From the sequence record SRR31156797_2108: DNA of 64,000 nt. One strand, 5' to 3'. The notes beneath the pieces are model-generated. The model saw nothing but the letters and a program-made list of their open reading frames with translations, ran no database searches and had not been told where the DNA came from. Shown here piece by piece: positions 57,192-64,000 of this stretch (the first letter of the stretch is position 1; each line of letters begins with the position of its first letter). Position numbers and translations under genes: made by a program.

Positions 57192-59813
57192 ATGTTAAGA
57201 ACAATTATCATTTGTATTTATCTATTGACCTGTGGAACTCACCTACAGGCAGAGAATAATTTTCAGAAACTCGCTAAATTTACCACCGAACATGGTATTT
57301 CAAATAATACCATACATTCTATTTTTCAGGATTCTTTGGGAAGAATGTGGTTTGGCACTTCTGAAGGGCTGAGTTCATACAATGGAATTGAATTTACCAC
57401 TCACCCCATTACGGATTCGATAATTGGCTATTCGCTATCTTTTATCGATCAGGTCAACAGAGATCAACTTCTTTTAGGTAGTAGCAATGGCAATTACTTT
57501 TATACTATCTCTAGCCAGAAATATCATAAGCTGGATATTTTAGGTGATATCTCCCCGGTAAGCGCTCTTTTTACCATTGGAGGTAAAAACTATTTCAGTA
57601 CATCATTTGGCATTTATGAATTGGATAGTGAGGAAAGGAAAGGGGCAAAAATACTTGATTTTGGCATTTCATGTAAAAGTATAAGCCCTCAAGGGAAAAT
57701 GCTATTAGGATCAAAGGATCAAGGGGTTTGGGAAGCCAAACTTGGTACAGATTCCCTCTTGGAACTCGCGCCAATTTATCTTGAGTTAAAAGACGAAAAG
57801 GTAAAAGCTATCCGTTTTTTGGAGAATAGTACAGCCGCAATACTTACTGAGAAAGGTCTGCATCTGCTTCGTAATGATAAAATGACATGCATGATAGAAG
57901 GTACTTTTTCTTCAATGGAAGTATCTCAACACAATGAGATACTTTTAGGCACTTTTGGTAATTTTATTCAGAAGGTATATAAGGAGGGAGGGCAATGTTC
58001 CTTATGCGACTTCATTAGCCGGGATAATGGGATTTTCAATGACTTTTATGATGCGCAAATAAATGTTCTGTTTAAAGATGGCTCAGGATCTTTATGGATT
58101 GGAACCAATCGTGCTGGACTGGACCGTATAGACAGAAAACAAATCACTTATAAAAAGTACCAAAGTGATATTCAGGACAAACAACCTGAGGCTGGGTATA
58201 TCAATGCACTCTTTCAGAACGATAAAGGAAGAATGTGGGTTGGAACTTCAGGCAAGGGCTTATACCTTCTTGATAAGGAAAAAGAAAGACTTGTATCGGT
58301 ACCAATATTTCAAGGGAATTTAAATGATTTGTATATAGAAGCAATTTTACAACACGAGGATAAACTCTATGTGGGAACAAGGCATATGGGTATTGTCATT
58401 GTATCGGGAGCAGGAGAGAAGACCATAAAGACAGTAGCCACAGGACAATTGTTCTCACAACAGGCTGGTTTGGCAAAAAATGACTATATCTATGCGCTAA
58501 AAAAGTACAATGAAAAGATGTATATCTGCTCATCGAAAGGAAGTTTTGCTTGTGGATTCAATGGTGAGAACTTTTCTAAATTGAATAGTATACCTTCTAT
58601 AAATATTGCCCTTGACTCATTGAACAACTTGTGGATGTTGTCATATGGTATGGAACTGTACTTTAACCAGAAAAAATTGGACTTAGGTACAGAAGTTTCG
58701 GATTTTCATTTGAATTCCAATGGAGGAATTTGGGCTGCTACAGCTAAAGGTGTTGTATTTATACAATCGGAGCACAGAAAGTCTGAGTTTTATAATCCGG
58801 CAGGAAAGGTCATCGAGTTTACCTCACTGAATAAGGATCGGGAAGGCTGTTTCTGGCTAGGATCTCGAATGGGGATTTATCGATTCGATCCGAAAACCAA
58901 ATTGTTTGCCTCTTATCAAATCGTAGGTGGATCAAAAGCCAATAGTTTTAATCATGCCAAACTGCAGCAAAGCCTGGAAGGTGAATTCTATTGGGGTAGC
59001 AACGATGGTGTAGTTTCGATTAACCCACAGAAAGGCAATTATCTGCCTATGCCATTGTTCGAAGTAGAGCAAGGATTAAATGAAGATATTTCTGTATTTA
59101 AGGTATTTAATTACTCCTACAATCATCAGGATGAAAATGGGATTGCTTATCGCTTTTCGCATGCCGATACAAATTGGAATTATCTGGCAGGAAATCAATT
59201 GGAGTTGAATTTTTCCCATCTGGATAAAGGATCTTATCAGATAGATATTACAGCAATTAATGCTGATGGAGTAATGAATGAGGACTATAAATCATTTCAA
59301 TTTCAAATCAAGTCTTCCTTGAATATTACCATTTTATTAGGATTACTTTTAATAATTCTACTTGGTGGTTTTGTATTCTGGTATTGGAAATCAAGAAGAG
59401 CTTATCTTGTTCATATCCAGGAAGAGGAATTGCCTGAAACTCCGGAAGATAAAATGTACAGAGAATGGTCTCAGGATGAGTTCATGCAAAATGCTTTATC
59501 TGTAATCGAGGAGTTTCTTTCTGATAATTCTTTCGGAGTGAATGAGTTGTATCTGGGCATGCAGATGAGCAAATCAAACTTTTACCGGAAATTGAAGAAA
59601 TTTACCGACCTATCGCCCAATGAATTAATTCGTTTTGTGCGATTGAGAAAATCTGCACAATTATTAATTGAAGCCAAACAAAGTGTAAACGAAATTGCCT
59701 ACGAAGTAGGTTTCAATTCACCTTCTTATTTTACCCGATGTTTTAAACAACAATTTGGTTTCGCTCCTTCGGAATACAAAGAGCATTACAATGCACTTTG
59801 CGAAACAGTTTAG
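57192..59813 (+). CDS. Membrane-spanning AraC regulator with two-component-type beta-propeller sensor; no kinase or receiver domain
   Basis: Reg_prop repeats (QDSLGRMWFGT, DGSGSLWIGT), Y_Y_Y-like domain, a TM helix, then directly the AraC HTH (SKSNFYRKLK, EIAYEVGFNSPSYFTRCFK). Confidence 0.88.
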   Translation: MLRTIIICIYLLTCGTHLQAENNFQKLAKFTTEHGISNNTIHSIFQDSLGRMWFGTSEGLSSYNGIEFTTHPITDSIIGYSLSFIDQVNRDQLLLGSSNGNYFYTISSQKYHKLDILGDISPVSALFTIGGKNYFSTSFGIYELDSEERKGAKILDFGISCKSISPQGKMLLGSKDQGVWEAKLGTDSLLELAPIYLELKDEKVKAIRFLENSTAAILTEKGLHLLRNDKMTCMIEGTFSSMEVSQHNEILLGTFGNFIQKVYKEGGQCSLCDFISRDNGIFNDFYDAQINVLFKDGSGSLWIGTNRAGLDRIDRKQITYKKYQSDIQDKQPEAGYINALFQNDKGRMWVGTSGKGLYLLDKEKERLVSVPIFQGNLNDLYIEAILQHEDKLYVGTRHMGIVIVSGAGEKTIKTVATGQLFSQQAGLAKNDYIYALKKYNEKMYICSSKGSFACGFNGENFSKLNSIPSINIALDSLNNLWMLSYGMELYFNQKKLDLGTEVSDFHLNSNGGIWAATAKGVVFIQSEHRKSEFYNPAGKVIEFTSLNKDREGCFWLGSRMGIYRFDPKTKLFASYQIVGGSKANSFNHAKLQQSLEGEFYWGSNDGVVSINPQKGNYLPMPLFEVEQGLNEDISVFKVFNYSYNHQDENGIAYRFSHADTNWNYLAGNQLELNFSHLDKGSYQIDITAINADGVMNEDYKSFQFQIKSSLNITILLGLLLIILLGGFVFWYWKSRRAYLVHIQEEELPETPEDKMYREWSQDEFMQNALSVIEEFLSDNSFGVNELYLGMQMSKSNFYRKLKKFTDLSPNELIRFVRLRKSAQLLIEAKQSVNEIAYEVGFNSPSYFTRCFKQQFGFAPSEYKEHYNALCETV

Positions 59814-60170
59814 AGGATGCTTTAGGCTCAAAAGCTAAACCGGTTTTTGATAATTTGTAATTTCAGTCTTGACAGGAATTGCCTTTTCCTTTTACCTTTC
59901 TTTCTCTGGTTAATCTTTAATTCTATCACAATTTTACCTTTTACTCACCTTTTGCCTCAAATTTTTTGCCTTAAATGAAAAATGGTCATTTCGTATCATT
60001 TTTTGGTCAGCTTGTACAAGCTACAATGCCCTGTTTTCAGTTGTTTTGAAGATGTCTTAGTAAGACGAATGCTTGTATGAATCATTCGTAAGGATTGAAA
60101 AATACAAGTAAAATAAACAGGGATACTCCCACCACCCCTTGTGAAAAACCATTGTTTTAATTTATAACCT

Positions 60171-63100
60171 ATGCAAAAATTTATGAAAGAAATCACAGGA
60201 AGTTTGGCAAGGCAAGGCACTTTGCTAAAGAAGAGTTTTTCATGGCTTGTAGGTTTGTGTTGCAGTGTATCATTACTTATGGTAACTCCGGCATATGCTT
60301 CATCAGCTTATGAAACTACAAGTGTACAAGAAAATCAGGAAAAACTGCTTACGGGTAACGTGGTAGATAAAAGTGGGGAAGTACTAATTGGAGTAAACAT
60401 AGTTGTTAAGGGAAGCACCACAGGTACAATTACCGATCTTGACGGTAATTACAAAATAAATGTACCTGATAATGCAGTACTTGTATTCACTTTTATCGGA
60501 TATCTCAATCAGGAGATTAGAGTAACAAATCAATCTACTATTAATGTAACTCTTGAAGAAGATGTACTTGGATTGGATGAAGTTGTGGTGGTAGGATATG
60601 GAACTCAAAAAAAAACCAACCTTACGGGTTCTGTATCAGCTGTTAAAGGTGATGAAATGGTAAAGAAACCCATGACCGATGCACGACAAGCTCTTCAGGG
60701 AGTTTCAACGGGTCTTACCATTGTAGATCGGGGAGGTGTTCCCGGAGAGGAAGACTTGAAGATTAATATACGTGGTATAGGATCCTTATCAGCAGGTACG
60801 TATCCATTAATTTTAGTTGATGGTATTGAGATGTCAATGAGTGATGTGAATCCAAATGATATAGAGAGTGTATCCATATTGAAAGATGCTGCATCTTCAT
60901 CAATCTATGGGGCAAAAGCTGCTAATGGTGTAATTTTGATTACTACTAAAAGAGGTAAAAAAGGAGGCTATAAAGTAGATTATAATGGCTATTACGGGTT
61001 TCAAACTCCAGCTACCTTACCTGAATTGGTAGGTGCTGAAGATTATTTAAACCTGGTAAATGAGTCGCTGGTAAATGCAGACATGAATCCTAAATATTCA
61101 TCTGAGTACATCCAGAAAACGGTACAAGGAAATGATCCGGTTAATTACCCATATGTGAATCTTTTCGAAGAATTGTTCGAAACAGCACCGGTTTTTAACC
61201 AATCGGTTCGAATAAGTGGTGGCAACGAGAAATCAAGAATTGCATTGTCCTTAAATCACATGAAACAAGAAGGGATGCTAAAGAATGTAGAATCGGAACG
61301 TTTTGGTTTTCGTTTGAATACAGATTTTCAGGTAAAAGACAACTTTAAGCTAAGAGCTGATGTTTCGTTCAACAGAAGAGACAATGATAGACCAAACAGG
61401 CTGAACAGCGCCATTGGTGCAATTGTTGGTACATCCCCGGTTACAGTTTTAAAACATTCCAATGGAGTTTACGGATTAAATAAAGACAATACCAATGCCT
61501 TGGCATGTCTGGAAGTAGGAGGAATGAACGAAGAAAACAAAGAGGCCTTGAATTTGAAAATTGGTGCCGATTTGGAAGTAGTAAGTGGATTGACCCTACG
61601 ATCGGACCTTTCTTACAAAACAATTAACAACCGATACAAAGAGTATAGGGCGGCTTATGATTTTAGAAATCCTGAAAACCCTGATGAAATTGTTCACAAA
61701 TGGACTCCAAGTAAATTGGTTGATGGACGATGGAATCAGCAGGAAGTTAATTTTAAGGCTTTACTGGATTACAATAAAAGCTTTGGCGACCATACTTTTC
61801 ATGTTCTAACTGGTATCGACGTAACCGAGAATAAAGCTTATGTGATAAAAGGAGAAAGAACCAATATTTACAGCGATGACTACGTGGAACTAAATACAGG
61901 AGATGCTGAAGGACAAACCAACAAAGGATATCAGGAAGACTGGGCATTATTTTCGTATTTGGGAAGAGTAAATTACACTTACAAAGGTAAATATTTATTG
62001 GAAGGAAATATTCGCTACGATGGTTCATCTCGATTTGCCAAAGGAAATAAGTGGGGCGTTTTTCCATCCTTTTCGGCAGGTTGGCGAATGACCGAAGAAG
62101 ATTTTATGACATCTCTTGAGTTTGTAGATAACCTGAAATTGAGAGGAAGTTGGGGACAATTGGGAAATCAGAACATTGGATACTATAAGTTTACCTCTAC
62201 TGTGTATGCCGATTTTCCATACAATTTTAACGATTCAGAAGTAAATGGCTATTCTCAATGGTACTATGCGAATACGGATATAACCTGGGAAACCACCGAA
62301 ATGATCGATTTTGGTTTCGATTTAACCTTATTTAATAGCAAGCTGGAAATTGTTGCCGACTGGTATCAGAAAGATACAAAAGACGTATTGTTGGTATTGC
62401 CGATTTCCTACTTGACTGGTTTGGGTGCATCGGAAACCAATGCCGGAAAAGTTCGCAATACAGGTTGGGAAGTTTCATTGACCCATCGCAATAAAATCAA
62501 TGATTTCAACTACTCTGTTGGATTCAACATCTCTGATGTAAAAAATGAATTGCTTGATTTCGCAGGGAATGAGCCTTCTATAAGTGGATGGACCATTCTA
62601 AAAGAAGGTGAATCGGTGAATTCATTTTACGGTTACGAGTCCGATGGCTTATTTCAAACACAAGATGAGATCGATAATCATGCTACACAGCCCAATCAAT
62701 CACAATTAAGACCAGGTGACATTAAATTGGTAGATCAAAATGGCGATGGTGAAATTAACGATGAAGACCGCAAGGTAATAGGTTCTTCTATTCCAAGATA
62801 CAGCGTCGGATTAAACCTGTATATGGAGTACAAGGGTTTTGATTGTTCTGCTTTTATGCAAGGAGTAATGAAAGCTGAAAACTATTTCTACGGAGCACCA
62901 AACGAAGGACCGGCTTACGAAATATTCACCACTAAAAGAGTACTGGATAGATGGACTCCTGATAATCCTGATGCTTCTTTCCCAAGACTAGAGGCAGCTT
63001 CGAATAAGAACAATTACCTGTACAATGATTTCTGGATCAGGGATGCTTCTTATCTAAGACTGAAAAACCTTCAAATTGGTTATTCATTGCCACAATCAGT

Positions 63101-63266
63101 CTTGGACAAGTGGAAGATAGATAAGCTGAGATTATACATAGGTGGTACCAATTTATTTACCATTACTGATGTTGAGTCTGGATTGGACCCTGAAACTTAC
63201 GACGGAAGACCCAATTACTATCCTCCGGTATCTACTTATACCATGGGTGTTCAACTTCGATTTTAA
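60171..63266 (+). CDS. susC: SusC/RagA-family TonB-dependent transporter
   Basis: LDEVVVVGYGTQKK, LTGSVS, IESVSILKDAASSSIYG..AANGVILITTK, RYDGSSRF, ITWET and DASYLRLKN. Confidence 0.96.
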   Translation: MQKFMKEITGSLARQGTLLKKSFSWLVGLCCSVSLLMVTPAYASSAYETTSVQENQEKLLTGNVVDKSGEVLIGVNIVVKGSTTGTITDLDGNYKINVPDNAVLVFTFIGYLNQEIRVTNQSTINVTLEEDVLGLDEVVVVGYGTQKKTNLTGSVSAVKGDEMVKKPMTDARQALQGVSTGLTIVDRGGVPGEEDLKINIRGIGSLSAGTYPLILVDGIEMSMSDVNPNDIESVSILKDAASSSIYGAKAANGVILITTKRGKKGGYKVDYNGYYGFQTPATLPELVGAEDYLNLVNESLVNADMNPKYSSEYIQKTVQGNDPVNYPYVNLFEELFETAPVFNQSVRISGGNEKSRIALSLNHMKQEGMLKNVESERFGFRLNTDFQVKDNFKLRADVSFNRRDNDRPNRLNSAIGAIVGTSPVTVLKHSNGVYGLNKDNTNALACLEVGGMNEENKEALNLKIGADLEVVSGLTLRSDLSYKTINNRYKEYRAAYDFRNPENPDEIVHKWTPSKLVDGRWNQQEVNFKALLDYNKSFGDHTFHVLTGIDVTENKAYVIKGERTNIYSDDYVELNTGDAEGQTNKGYQEDWALFSYLGRVNYTYKGKYLLEGNIRYDGSSRFAKGNKWGVFPSFSAGWRMTEEDFMTSLEFVDNLKLRGSWGQLGNQNIGYYKFTSTVYADFPYNFNDSEVNGYSQWYYANTDITWETTEMIDFGFDLTLFNSKLEIVADWYQKDTKDVLLVLPISYLTGLGASETNAGKVRNTGWEVSLTHRNKINDFNYSVGFNISDVKNELLDFAGNEPSISGWTILKEGESVNSFYGYESDGLFQTQDEIDNHATQPNQSQLRPGDIKLVDQNGDGEINDEDRKVIGSSIPRYSVGLNLYMEYKGFDCSAFMQGVMKAENYFYGAPNEGPAYEIFTTKRVLDRWTPDNPDASFPRLEAASNKNNYLYNDFWIRDASYLRLKNLQIGYSLPQSVLDKWKIDKLRLYIGGTNLFTITDVESGLDPETYDGRPNYYPPVSTYTMGVQLRF

Positions 63267-63283
63267 GAATAAGAATGGATAAA

Positions 63284-64000
63284 ATGAAAAAATACAATCA
63301 TATGAGAAATAATATAACAGGCTTACTTTGTGCAATACTTTTGGTATTGGCAGGCTGTAGCGATGATTTCCTGGAGCGCTCTCCAAGCGATCAGGTATCT
63401 TCAACAAATTTCTTTACACAAGAGAAAGATTTGGTTTATGCTGTGAATGCGGTTTATGCATCAATTGGCTTTAACAGCTGGGAAACAACCTATGGATATT
63501 CAACCGATTTACTACGTGTTGAAAACTTAACAGACAATGCTTTGGATCATCATTCGTGGAATGCAGGATATCGATTGGCAGACGGATCAGCCTCTGCATA
63601 CGACTGGTATGTGGAACACCGCTGGAGAGAGAGATACAGAGGAATTCAAAGAGCCAACAGAATATTTGAGGGTGCCGATGGTGTAACCGATATCCTTACA
63701 GAGAAAAAGCTCAGATTATTGGCAGAGGCGAAGTTTCTAAGAGCATATTTCTATTTTGATCTGGTTTATCTGTTTGGGGATGTACCTTTTATCACAAATA
63801 GTCTAACGCCTGATGAAGCTGCTGAAAGTACCAGAACAGATAAACAAACGATTTTGAATGCTATGGTTGAAGACTTATCGGCAGCAGCAACCGACCTTCC
63901 CGATGTTTATTCCAGTGATGATTTGGGTAGGGTGACCAAAGGTGCAGCAATCTCTTTAAAAGCAAGAATCTTGCTTTATCAGGAAAAATGGGCAGAAGCA
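63284..64000 (+). CDS. susD: SusD/RagB-family lipoprotein, truncated by the window end
   Basis: Manual translation: lipobox LAGC-SDDFLERSP, then YRGIQRAN, AEAKFLRAYFYFDLVYLFGDVP and GRVTKGAA. In-frame ATGs at 63275, 63284 and 63302. Confidence 0.92.
   Translation, partial: MKKYNHMRNNITGLLCAILLVLAGCSDDFLERSPSDQVSSTNFFTQEKDLVYAVNAVYASIGFNSWETTYGYSTDLLRVENLTDNALDHHSWNAGYRLADGSASAYDWYVEHRWRERYRGIQRANRIFEGADGVTDILTEKKLRLLAEAKFLRAYFYFDLVYLFGDVPFITNSLTPDEAAESTRTDKQTILNAMVEDLSAAATDLPDVYSSDDLGRVTKGAAISLKARILLYQEKWAEA

Noticed and set aside
1-64000. tRNA, rRNA, intact IS or prophage genes
   Set aside because: None recognised by eye. A covariance-model scan would be needed to exclude small RNAs.

Overview
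AT-rich chromosomal window from a Bacteroidota genome. This is supported by susC/susD genes and TAnnTTTG promoter motifs; a marine Bacteroidia such as Marinifilaceae is my guess only. Recognisable genes: an ECF sigma/anti-sigma pair, a LexA-like repressor divergent from a dinB-dnaE mutagenesis cassette, pyrD, a BKACE/acyltransferase pair, two Cache-domain sensors, yjjI/yjjW, TonB-dependent receptors, sbcCD, anSME plus FGE sulfatase maturases, and the start of a SusC/SusD locus. I found no rRNA, tRNA, CRISPR array, integrase or intact transposase. The best candidates for undescribed systems are: (1) a five-gene operon (33043-36784) in which three small proteins and the C-terminus of a large amphipathic protein appear to share one short module, followed by a Tle1-like DUF2235 lipase; (2) a co-oriented array of unrelated genes (6178-10183) separated by copies of a REP-like hairpin and bracketed by an exact 24-bp direct repeat, next to a large KAP NTPase; (3) a membrane receptor coupling a Cache sensor to a CBS-DUF294 nucleotidyltransferase. 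Reading between the ORFs also showed an hsdR remnant, a frameshifted RAYT transposase remnant beside a REP palindrome, a 21-bp-period repeat tract and two heptamer inverted repeats. All family assignments come from motif recognition by eye, not database searches.
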